The notes under the pieces: generated by a model
Database searches by the model: none
Seen by the model: only the letters and a program-made list of their open reading frames with translations
What the model was told of the DNA's origin: nothing
Assembly: GCF_963921235.1 (NCBI RefSeq)
Contig: NC_086097.1
Location: forward strand, 180,856,001 to 180,920,000
Direction of reading: 5' to 3'
Length of the DNA stretch: 64,000 nucleotides
Origin: Mobula hypostoma
Lineage: Eukaryota
Part shown: one piece after another, positions 35,045 through 46,233 of the stretch
How the letters are laid out: each line of letters opens with the position of its first letter
Position numbering within the stretch: the stretch's first letter is position 1
Translations under genes and position numbers: made by a program

Positions 35045-37026
35045 GTTGGATGATCAGCTATGATCATAATAAATGGCGGTGCAGGCTCGAAGGGCCGAAT
35101 GGCCTACTCCTGCACCTATTTTCTATGTTTCTATGTTTCTATGTAACAGAGGGATCTAGGAATAATGATGCATAGTTCCCTGAAGGTGGAATCTCATGTG
35201 GATAGGGTGGTGAAGAAAGCTTTTGGTATGCTGGCCTTTATAAATCAGAGCATTGAGTATAGGAGTTGGGATGTAATGTTAAAATTGTACAAGGAATTGG
35301 TAAGGCCAAATTTGGAGTATTGTGTACAGTTCTGGTCACTGAATTACAGGAAAGATGTCAACAAAATAGAGAGAGTACAGAGAAGATTTACTAGAATGTT
35401 ACCTGGTTTCATCACCTAAGTTACAGAGAAAGGTTGAACAAGTTAGGTCTTTATTCTTTGGAACGTAGAAGGTTGAGGGGGGATTTGATAGAGGTATTTA
35501 AAATTATGAGGGGGATAGATGGAGTTGACGTGGATAGGCTTTTTCCATTGAGAGTAGGGAAGATTCAAACAAGAGGACATGAGTTGAGAGTTAGGGGGCA
35601 AAAGTTTAGGGGTAGCACAAGGGGGAACTTCTTTACTCAGAGAGTGGTAGCTGTGTGGAACGAGCTTCCAGTAGAAGTGGTAGAGGCAGGTTCGATATTG
35701 TCATTTAAAGTAAAATTGGACAGCTATATGGACAGGAAAAGAATGGAGGGTTATGGGCTGAGTGCAGATCGGTGGGACTAGGTGAGAGTAAGCATTCGGC
35801 ACGGACTAGAAGGGCCGAGATGGCCTGTTTCTGTGCTGTAATTGTCATGTGGTTAATGTAGATTGGGAGACCTCTTTGCCAAGCACCTACGCTCCATCCA
35901 CCAGAATAAGTGGGATCTCCTAGTGGCCAGCCACTTCAATTCTACTTTCCATTTCCATTCTGACAAGTCTGATCATGACCTCCTCTACTGTTGCGATGAG
36001 GCTACACTCAGGTTGGAGGAGCAACACCTTGAATTCCGTTTGGGTGGCCTCCAACCTGATAGCATGAACATCAATATCTCAAACCTCTGGTAATTGCCCC
36101 CCCCCACCATTCCCATTTCACCCTCTCACCTTATTTCCATACCCGCCCATCACCTCCCTCTGGTGCTCCCCCACCTCCCTTTCTCCCATGGTCTTCCAGC
36201 CTCTATCAGATTTCCCCTTCTCCAGCCCTCCTTTATTTCTTTCACCTTTCAGCTTCCCAGCTCTTTACTTCACTCCTCCCACTCCCAGTTTCACCTATCA
36301 CCTACCACCTTGCACTTTTTCCTCCCCTCCCCACACCTTCTTGCCCTAACTTCTTGAATTTTTTTTCTGGTCTCGATGAAGGGCCTTGGCCCAAAACGTT
36401 GATTGTTTACTCCTTTCCACAGATACTGCCTGGCCCGCTGAGTTCCTCCAACATTTTGTGTGTGTTGCTTGGATTTCCAGCATCTGCAGATTTTCTCATC
36501 TTTGCCTCCTCTCCAGTTCTCTGGGAACTCACCCATGGTAAAGATTTCTGTAGGTAGCCCAACAATTTCTTCTTGCCTCTCTCAAAAATCTGAGATAGAT
36601 CCATCAGGCTTTGGGGAATTATCCACCTTAATGGTGTTCATGAGACCCTTGTTAAAATCAACAGGCCTTAGAATATTAGCACAGCCTACACTGATCTCAC
36701 TGCTCTCCATGCTGTTCTCTATCTGAAGATTCTTGAAAAGATTTCAGCTTCTGGTCCATTGACAATGAAGCCCAGGATGATTGGAGTCAGAAACATAAAC
36801 ACAAGAAATATGTAGATACTGAAAATCTTGAGAAACACACACAAAATGTTGGAGGATCTCAGGAAGTCTGGTAGCGTCTATGGAGGGGAATAAACAGCCT
36901 TGGGGTCTTAGCCTGAAACAGCAACTGTTCATTCCCCTCCATAGTGCTGCCTGACATGGAGTTTGTCCACAATTGTGTGTGGAGACTGGTTCTGCTATGC
37001 ATACTTAGGTGCATCACATGCACCTA

Positions 37027-37044
37027 CACACACACACACACACA
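37027..37044. repeat. (CA)n microsatellite
   Basis: About 9 units. Confidence 0.85.
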
Positions 37045-37525
37045 AAATTTGGTTCAGCTGATAGAATACAATTTCAGAAGCAAAGCTCAAAGTGTATACG
37101 TCAATGTATCGTGGGTTAGAGATTACTAGCCATTGATGACATTAAAATAGAGCTGGAGGCTATCTGTGGCAGGCCCATTCTTGTTCTTACATTTGTAACT
37201 GCCTCAGAGATAGTGCTACATCAGCCGACTAGTTCATAAAGTAAATTACTGCAGGACAAAATTGCCAGCCTTGTTCAGTGACATCCATATTCCAAAAGCA
37301 AGTGTGTCCCACTTTTACTTATCAATTACTCTGCTTATACAAGCAGAACATAACTGCAAGAATGTTTAGTAACACCAGAAGATATTTCCTATCATAACCA
37401 CATTTTTTTTCCTTAGACTTTTCACAGTACCATTCGATCACTTCACTCTGCATCAAGTTTGCCCCTTGTACCTCTCTGTGGTAAAACCATCAGGATGAAG
37501 AATTATAGAAAGCTCACATACTTAC

Positions 37526-37720
37526 TTTTTGTTCCTTGCAAGCCTCCTCAAAGGGCGAGAAGCTGTGTGTCTTATGCTTGCTCCCCACCAGACATCGAGG
37601 GCACACACACTCCACACAATCATTGCAGAAGAGGATCAGATTTTCACTGTGTATGACACACTGCACATCCAAACTCCCAATGCTGCTGGCAATGCTCCCC
37701 TGATTACTCGCTAGAGTCAT
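37526..37720 (-). CDS. TRIM-like gene coding exon 1: B-box type 2, no RING
   Basis: ATG at 37720; CVIHSENLILFCNDCVECVCPRCLVGSKHKTH B-box2 pattern; GTAAGT donor in phase 0; in-frame TAA upstream at 37742-37744. Confidence 0.85.
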
Positions 37721-38134
37721 GTCAAATGGTAGGGGAAGCTTTTAAAATCTTCCAGAACTTCAAATTGCAAACTTCTACGGGAAGGTGAGTACAGCATAGA
37801 GAACAATCCTGACTGATAATATCAAGGAAGCAGTGGGTTGAGCTATATACTGAGTTGCCACAGGGGAGGGCTGTGCAGTATGACCTCAGTTATTACACAT
37901 GTCGCAGCAATTTTTTAGATTGACATTTAAAGTAAAATAAGGCCCAATTAAATATAAATAGAAAACTATGAACATGATTACCTCATTTTAAAAAAAATTC
38001 ATAGGTCTTGAAAACTATGCTTTGTTTTTCTTCATGAGCGGTTCCTTTGCTTCAAAGAATCAGAGGCCTGTTTAACTTTACTATGGTAATTTATAACACC
38101 CAAGAGCATCTCTGCTGAGCAGGATAGAATGGGT

Positions 38135-38300
38135 GGTGCACACAGCTCGAAGAATTTGTGTTTCATCCCAATCTAGGCTGCTGTCTCTGCAGAGTTTGCA
38201 TTTCTCTCTATTACTACATGAGTTCTCTCTGGTGCTCTAGTTTGCCCCTACATTTGAAAAATGTGCAGTTTGGATAGTTGGAAGTTACCCCCTTTTTGTA
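38135..38300 (+). mobile_element. Decayed V-SINE
   Basis: gagtttgcatttctctc...ggtgctctagtttgccc. Confidence 0.5.
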
Positions 38301-38589
38301 ACTGGCAAAGAAAATCTATTAGAGCTCTATACCTAAGCAAGTAATTTCTGGCATTGGAGAGAGTCCAGAGGAGCTTTACAGAAACGAAAGGTTTAACATT
38401 TGAGGAGCATTTAATGGCCCTGGGCCTGTACTCATTGGAGTTCTGAAGAATGATAGGGGAATCCTACTGAAACCCATCGAATATTGAAAGACCTAGCTAC
38501 AGGATTACCAAAGAGGTAGTTCTGCTGGCCTTAAAGCACATTGAAGTGGATAAATCTCCAGGTGTGACCAAGTGCATGATGATGCTACT

Positions 38590-39095
38590 TACGTAATTCT
38601 AATTCCCATTTCTGATGTGTCAGTACATAACTTCCTCTACTGTCAAGGTTTGAGAGCAACACCTCATATTCTGTCTGGGTACCCCCCCCCCATTGATGGC
38701 ATGAACATCAATTTCTCTAACTTCCATTAATTTCTCCCCCCCTCCCCCCGTTGCCTTGTCTCTTTTACCATTCCCCACTATGGCTTCCCTCTTATCCCTT
38801 CGCCCCTCTTCCCCTTTTTCCTCAGGGCAAACTCTCCTCTCCTATCAGATTACTTCTTCTTCAGCCCTTTAGTTTTGCCACCTCCTACCTCCTAGCTTCT
38901 CAATTTCATCCCCCCCCCACCTCACCTGGCAAGTTGTGCTCCTTCCCCTCCTCCCACTTTCTTATTTTGACTTCTTCCCTCCCTTCTTTTCCAGTCCTGA
39001 TGAAGGGTTGTGGACCAAAATGTCAACTGCTTATTATCCTCCGTAAATGAGCAGCAGCATTTTGTGTGTGTTCTTCAAGATCTCCAGCATCTGCC
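38590..39095 (+). mobile_element. Decayed Penelope-like 3' end with degenerate hammerhead (about 38993-39028)
   Basis: EQHLIFCLG...DGMNINFSNF; agtcctgatgaaggg...caaaatgtcaact. Confidence 0.75.
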
Positions 39096-40749
39096 CTTCT
39101 GTTAGTGAACTGTGGGGCCTTGTGGATTACTGTACAACAGGGGGACTCAGGAGTACAATTACATAAAAGCAACAATCTGCTCTAAGAATTCAAGCAGCAC
39201 TTTGATGGGGAGGGGGTGTGGGGAAGAGATTAGGTAGGTTAGAATTAATCAATATTTTAAATTGAAACACTGTGTCTGATACAGTGACCTCCACTGAAAA
39301 AGTGCAAGTGTATTGACAAGGGGCTGTAAACAAAAGGTTGGTTTGGATTCCACACTGGATAAGGCAGTAGAGGATGACCAGCAACAACACAGGCACTTTC
39401 TATGGAGTCATCTGTAAATAGCCTGAAATTACAAGCTTTTGGTTTAAAAACAGGAAGCTAATCCTTGCAACCCTGAAACAGGCTGCATCCACAAAAGGGA
39501 TCAGGTCACCTGTACCCATGCATTCTGAACAAATCAAAATTGCATAGAATATCAGGACATGCCACTCTGCTCTCTCATTCCAAGTACTGATATTCCTCAA
39601 GCTATTAAAGTTAGTCTCCAAGGGTTGCTAGAGCAACATTCTACTATTTGTAATTGTCAGTCACAGCAGATTTATTGAGAGGCACATTTGTGTTATGCTG
39701 AGACTAGGTTTGTCAGGATTTTTGGAAAGCAAGATTGACATTGCAGTTGAACACAACCAGCAGCAGACTGAGAGCTAGTAGTAGTGTCGACTCATTGGTT
39801 CAGATCTATAGCACTCAAAATGATCAACAGGGAAGATTCAAGGGCTCAGCTTAAACGCATTCTCTTAACGTAATGGATTGGGTGATAACTTTTTCCACAT
39901 GGAAGCTGCCACCTGCCCAGCCTACAACCAAAAAAAAATCAAAGGATATTGATTGGGATCAATCAGAAAAATAGAGTTGAATAGTTGAACATGGAACAAA
40001 AAGAAATGTAGTGTAATCCAGCTCCTATTTCTTATCAATAATTAAGGTCCAACCATTGATCCTTGCCATACCCTACTAGCTAATGTGTCACTGCTCCACC
40101 CCTAGCCCCGAGATTCACCCATTCCTGTTTCACATCTACATAAACATCCCAAACCATTTTTACGTCTTTTGCAGCATCTTGCTCAATCATCCCAATCCCT
40201 GAAAGCCAACTCTCTGTGCTTCCCTGTATCACTATCCACCCACGCCAGTATCTTACCTTCCAGCTCCCACTTCCTGCAGTACACTCCCAAGAAACACTCC
40301 CACATTCATTTACATTTGCAGTTTACTTTTTTATTCATTCAAGTACTGTGAGCCAGCATTTAATTGCCTGTCCTTAGCTACCCTTGAGAAGATGGTACTG
40401 AGCTCTTTTCTGGAACTGCTAGTCTTTGAGGTATGGTTACACCCATAGTATTGTTCTTCAGGGAGGGAGCTCCAGATTTTGACCATGTGGCAGTGAAGAA
40501 ACAGTAATATATTCCCAAGTCAAGAGAATGGTGTGCCTTGGAAGCATACTTTGGGCAAGAGGGGAGGAGCAATTTCTCCCCCCATGCTTTTGCTGCCATT
40601 TTCTGTCTAGCTAGAATCAGACTGTGGTTTTGAAAGATATTGTTTAGGGAGTACTGGCGACACAGTCCTGCCTCTATGCGTTCATGGCAGTTGGTGGTTG
40701 TCCTTTATTGTGTAGAGTTCTTGAGTGTTTATTTATTTAGCAATACAGC

Positions 40750-43700
40750 AGAAATCCTGAAGAGAGAATTTAGAGTTAGGCAGAAAGCTGAGCAGGACCT
40801 CCCAGCTAGTAATTTCTTGATTGCTGCCTGTACCATGTGCCAGTGAGGGTAGAAACAAGTGACTTGGCAGTTTAATGTGTGGCTGTGAAGTTGGTGCAGG
40901 GGGCAGGGCTTCAGGTTCTTGGATCATTAGGATCTCTTCTGGTGGAGATACGACTTGAACCCAAGGGTGACCAATATTCTTGCGGGCAGGTTTGTTGGAG
41001 CTGTTGGGGAGGGTTTAAACTAATTTGGCAGTGGTGTGACTCAGGATAGGATGAATGGCAAAAAAAAAAGTGCAAAGATAGCTTACAGTCAGACTGTCAG
41101 GAAGAGCAGGCAGATGTTAGGACAAAATTGGAGCCAGCAGGGTGAGTATCAGTGTATTAGGGATGCAGAATCAAGAAGGGTAGCAAATACAGTACTCAAA
41201 GTGTTATATCTCAATGCAAGGAGCAGAAGGAATAAGGTGGATGATCTTGTTGCACTATTACAGATTGTCAGGTATGATGTTGTGATCATTACTGAATCGT
41301 GACTGAAGGATGGTTGTAGTTGGGAGCTTAATGTCCAAGGTTACACATTGTATCGGAGGGATAGGAGGGTAGGAAGAGGGGTGACATGGCTCTGCTGGTA
41401 AAGAATGGCATTCATTCAGTAGGAAAATGTGACATAGGATCAGAAGGTGTTGAATCCTTGTGGATTGAGTTAAGAAACTGCAAGGGTAAAAGGATCCTGA
41501 TGGCAGTTATACTACTGCAGGTCTCCCAACAGTAGCTGGGATGTGGACCACAGGTTACAATGGAAAATAGAAAAAGTGTGTCAAAAGACCATAAGACAGA
41601 GGAGCAAAATTAGGCAATTTAGCCCATTGAGTCTGCTCTGCCAATCGATCATGGCTACCTAATAATTTCCTATGCATTTGTGAATTTCTCCATTAAGTGA
41701 TTAAGGAATTTAAATTAAAGTTCTATTATTAAACCTACATTTCTGCAACATTTTACAAATAGTTCCTTAGAAAGCCTTAGGTTACAAGTATAGCCTAAAT
41801 TAACATGTCCTAAAACATGGCTATAAAAAGGGCAATGTTATGATAGTCATGGGAGATTTCAACATGCAGGTCAATTGGGAAAATCAGGTTGGTAATGGAT
41901 CTCATGCCTATGAGTTGGCTTTTTAAGAACAGTTTCTGTTAAGCCTACCAGGGGATCAGTTATGCAATGAACCGTAGGTGATTAGGGAGTTTAAGGTAAA
42001 AACTCTTAGGAGGCAGTGATCACAATATGACTGAGTTCAATTTGAAATTTGATGGGGAGTAAAGTCTAATGTAACAGAAATTCAGTGGATTAAAGGAAAT
42101 TACAGTGGAATGAGAGAGGAGATGCTGGCAGGGAAATATTAGGATGGTGCAGGATAGAAGTATTCCAAAAACAAAAATACTCAAATGGTAAAATAGTACA
42201 ACCGTGGCTGACGAGGGAAGTCAAAGCTAATATAAAAGCAAAAGAGAGGGCATACAACAAAGCAAAAATTAGTGGGAAGATTTTTAAAACCTAGAGAGCA
42301 ACTAAAAGAATCATTAGGAAGGAAAAGATGAAATATGAAAGGAAGGGGGCAAACAATATCAAAGTGGATAGTAAAAGCTTTTGAGTATGAAAAAGTAAAG
42401 AATGGATATAGGACTGCTAGAAAATGTGACCAGAGAAATAATAACGAGGGACAAGCAGATAGCAAATGAACTGAATGAGCATTTTCCATCAGCTTTCACT
42501 GTGGAAGGCACCAGCAGTGTGCCAGATCTTGAAGGGTGTGAGGGAAGAGAAGTGAGTGCAGTACAAGGGAGAAAGTGTTCAAAAAGCTGAAAGACCCAAG
42601 GGTACACAGTCCAGATGAACTGCAACCTAGGGTTCTGAAAGAGGTAGCAGTAGAGATTGTGATGGCATTAGAAATGACCTTTCAAAAAAATCTTTGGACT
42701 TTGGCATTGTGCCAGAGGACTGGAAAATTGCAAATGTCACTCCATTCTTTAAGAAAGAAGGAAGGTAGCAGAATGGAAATTACAGACAAGTTAGCCTGAC
42801 CTCAGTGGTTGGGAAATTGCTGGAGTAAATTGTTAAGGATAAGATTATTAGATTAGATTCAACTTCATTATCATTGTGCTGAATACAGATACAAAGCCAA
42901 TGAAATGCAATTAGCATCTGACCAGAAGTGCAAAAGAATAGTATTATTTACAAAATAACTGCAAATAAAAAGTAAGTGCTATAGCACACAAATATAAAAG
43001 TACCGAGACAGTACAATATGGGTGCAATACTGCTTAGCGCTGTGATGTGAGGTTCAGCAGGGTCATAGCCTTAGCGGAAGAAGCTCTTCTTGTGCCTGCT
43101 GGTGTGGGAGCGGAGGCTCCTGTAGCGCCTACCGGATGGGAGGAAAGTAAAAAGTCCAAGGTTAGGGTGAGATGCATCCTTGATAATGCTTTTCGCCCTG
43201 CCCAGGCAGCGCTTATGGTAGATATTCTCAATGGTGGGCAATTGGGTGCTGATAATCCGCTGGGCAATTTTCACCACCCACTGGAGTGCTTTGCAGTCCG
43301 ATATGGGACAATTGCCATACCACACTGAAATGCAGTTGGTGAGTTTGGTCTCAATGGTACAGCAGTAAAAGTCCATCAGCATCTTGGGACAGAGGTGAAC
43401 TTTCTTGATGTTCTGCAGGAAATAAAGGCGCTAGTGCACCTTTTCGATCAGGATGGAGGAGTTCAGGGACCAGGTGAGATCCTCGGAAGTGTGGACACCA
43501 AGGAATTTGAAGCTTGATACATGCTCCACTACAGTTCCATTGATGTAGATGGGGACGTGAGTGTGGCTCCTAGCATGCCTGAAGTCCACAATGATCTCCT
43601 TGGTCTTCTGGGTGTTAAGGGCCAGGTTGTTGTCGACACACCACACGGCCAGGTGCTGGACCTTGTCCCTGTAGGCCGTCTCATCAGCCCCTCTGATTAG

Positions 43701-45150
43701 GCCAACCACCATGGTGTTGTCTGCGAACTTGATTATGGAGTTAGAACCATGTACAGGAACTCAGTCATAGGTGAAAAGGGAGTACAAAAGAGAGCTCAGC
43801 ACACAGCCTTGAGACACGCTGGTATTCAGGGTGAGAATGGAGGAGGAGAAATTGTCCAACTTAACAGGTGAGATTGGGGTCTGTTAGGAAGTCCAAGGTC
43901 CAATTGCAGAGGGATGAGCTGATACCAAGCTGGAGTATTTGATGACACAGGACAAGATAGGACAAAGTCAGCATGGTTTTCTTAAGAAAAAATCTTACTG
44001 ACAAATGTGTTGGAATTCTTTGAGGAGATTACAAGTACGATAGATAAAAGGGATGCAGTGGATGTTGTATATTTGGATTTTCAGAAGTTCTTTGACAAGG
44101 TGCCATACATGAGGCTGCTAACCAAGTTAAAAGCCCGTGGTGTTACAGGAAAGTTACTGGTATTGGCTGATTGGTAGGAGGCAGTGAGTGGGAATGAAAG
44201 GAACTTTTCTGGTTGGCTGCCAGTGACTAGTGGTGGTCCATAGGGGTTGGTGTTGGGACCGCTTCTTTTTATGCTATCAATGATTTAGATGATGATATGA
44301 AGATTGGTGGAGGGGCATGTAGTGTTGAGGAAATAAGTAGGCTGTAGAAGTACTTAGATTAGGAGAATGGGCAAGAAAGTGGCAAATGAAATACGATGTT
44401 GGAAAATGTATGGTCATGCACTTTGGTAGTAGAAATTAACGTGTAAACTATTTCTAAATGGGGAGAAAATTTAAAAATCTGAGAAGCAAAGGGACTTGCT
44501 AGTCCTTATGCAAAACACCCTAAACATTAACTTGTAGGTAGGGTCGTGGTGAGGAGAGCAAATGCAATGTTAGCATTCATTTCAAGAGGTCTGGAATACA
44601 AGAGCAGGAATGTGATGCTGAGGCTTTATAAGGCACTGGTCAGGCCTCACCTGAGTATTGTGAACAGTTTTGGGCCCCTCATCTAGGAAAAAATGTGCTG
44701 GCATTGGAGAGGGTTCAGACAATGTTCAAGGATCATTCCGGGAATGAAAAGGTTATCATTACAAGGAACGTTTGATGGCTCTGGGTCTGTACTCACTGGA
44801 AATTAGAACAATGGGATCTCACTGAAACCTTTTGAATGTTCAAAGGTCGAGACAGAGATGTGGAAAGGATGCTTCTCATGGTGGGGTAGTCTAGGATAAG
44901 GGGGTGCAACCTCTGGATAGAGGAGCATCCATTTAAAACAGAGATACGTAGAAATTTCTTTAGTTAGAGGGTGGTGAATTTGTGGAATTTGTTACCACAG
45001 GCAGCTGTGCAGGCCAGGTCGTTGGCATCAATGGTTATGGGGAGAAGGCCAGGGAGTGTGGCTGAGGAGGGGAGAAAAAGGATCAGCTATGATTGAATGG
45101 TGGAGCAGACTCAATGGGCCAAATGGCCTAATTCTGCTCTTCTGTCTCAT
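40750..45150 (+). mobile_element. Decayed CR1 (ORF1 end to 3' UTR) with nested inserts
   Basis: LKVLYLNARSRRNKVDDL, GDFN, LDFQK remnants. Confidence 0.88.
42850..43935 (-). mobile_element. Rex-Babar-type LINE 3' fragment nested in CR1
   Basis: IIKFADNT.VVGLI...NNLALNTQKTKEIIVDFR...FKFLGVH; (aatct)n tail. Confidence 0.85.
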
Positions 45151-45159
45151 GTTCTCTTC

Positions 45160-45750
45160 TAGTAGGCCCTTCAAGCCATGCTGTGCAGCAATCCTGATTA
45201 ACCTTAGCCTAATCACGGGTACATTTACAATGACCAATTAGCCTACCCTGTATGTATTTGAACTGTGGCGGGGGGGGGGGGGGACGGACCTGAGCACCTG
45301 GGGAAAAACCCATGTATTCCACGGGGAGGATATACAGAGACTCCTTACAGATGATATCGGAATTGAACTCTGCTGTAGTAGTGTCACATTCAAGCTGCAC
45401 ACATCCATTCCATTACACTTTAAAAGAACCAAGACTGAGCTTCTGTGAGAAGGATGTTGCAGTAAACAGACGATACAATTATATTTATTTATTTAGATAC
45501 AGCGCAGAACAGGCCCTGCTGGGCCTTCAAGTCATGTTGCCAGCAACCTCCAATTTAATCTTAGCCTAATCAGGGAACAATCTACAATGATCAATTTACC
45601 TGTCAACCGGTACCATTTTGGGTTGTGGAAGGAAACCGAAGGACCTGGAGTCAAGGGGAGAATGTACAAGGTCCTTTCAGACAGCGGCAGGAATTGAACC
45701 TGGGTCGTTGGTATCATAAAGTGTGCTAACCACTATGCTATTGTGCCGCC
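45160..45750 (-). mobile_element. Two V-SINE copies (about 45160-45385 and 45485-45750)
   Basis: Reverse complement of the 7382 element; ggttcaattc B-box. Confidence 0.65.
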
Positions 45751-46233
45751 ATACATTACTGAAGACTTGTGCTACCGAACTTGCTGCATCCTTGGCCAAA
45801 ATGTTCCAGCTACAACACTGGCAGCTACCCAGGAAGGTCCTGTCCATAAGCAGCATGATAAATCCATCCTGGCCATTTACCAAGCTCTGTCGAAGAGCTC
45901 TGGGGAGATTCGCAATGATCTACTCACTACAGCATTCCTAGCCTCTTATTTGTGTATGTGGCCACACTACATATGTAACAGGTAAAATTCACTATACATC
46001 AGCACAGACTTAGATACTGACAAAGCTGCAATGATGTGATCTCTCCAGGAGACATTTCAATTCAAAATTAGGCACTCAAAAAGATGCTGGAAACTCCTCA
46101 GAGACTCCTTTCGACCAACATCCTATTGATTTGATACTCAAGATCCCCAGAGTCAGTCAATTCCTTGCGGTCAGTAATAAAGAAATCAGTCACACCAAAG
46201 GCTAAATAGGATTAGAAACATTCTCCAGTAAAC

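Larger units (their letters stand above)
30585..35144 (+). mobile_element. Full-length CR1 family A (4560 bp)
   Basis: TSD aacag (30580-30584, 35145-35149); tandem 5' UTR unit, ORF1, ORF2 and (TTTCTATG)n tail. Confidence 0.97.
28590..35854 (+). mobile_element. 5'-truncated CR1 family B (28590-29631, 30253-30584, 35150-35854)
   Basis: ORF2 reads continuously across both inserts (VVVD|NCLSDW, AVEQ|RDLG); YADD; TSD aatgta at 28584-28589 and 35855-35860. Confidence 0.92.
28121..36505 (+). mobile_element. Older Penelope-like element (inverted terminal repeat 28121-28395; GIY-YIG 28395-28589 and 35861-36093; 3' repeat to about 36505)
   Basis: FTCESVGVIFCIRCSQCGLLCIGETQC joins RLGDLFAKHLRS across TSD aatgta. 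Confidence 0.85.
27330..36760 (-). mobile_element. Old CR1 (pieces about 27330-28120 and 36510-36760), outermost layer of the nest
   Basis: IFTMGEFPENWR at about 36510 continues as RVAN.. at 28120 once the inserts are removed. Confidence 0.7.

Noticed and set aside
38380..38390. gaaacgaaag as an ISRE for the TRIM-like gene
   Set aside because: Spacing does not match GAAANNGAAA and it lies in a decayed CR1 fragment
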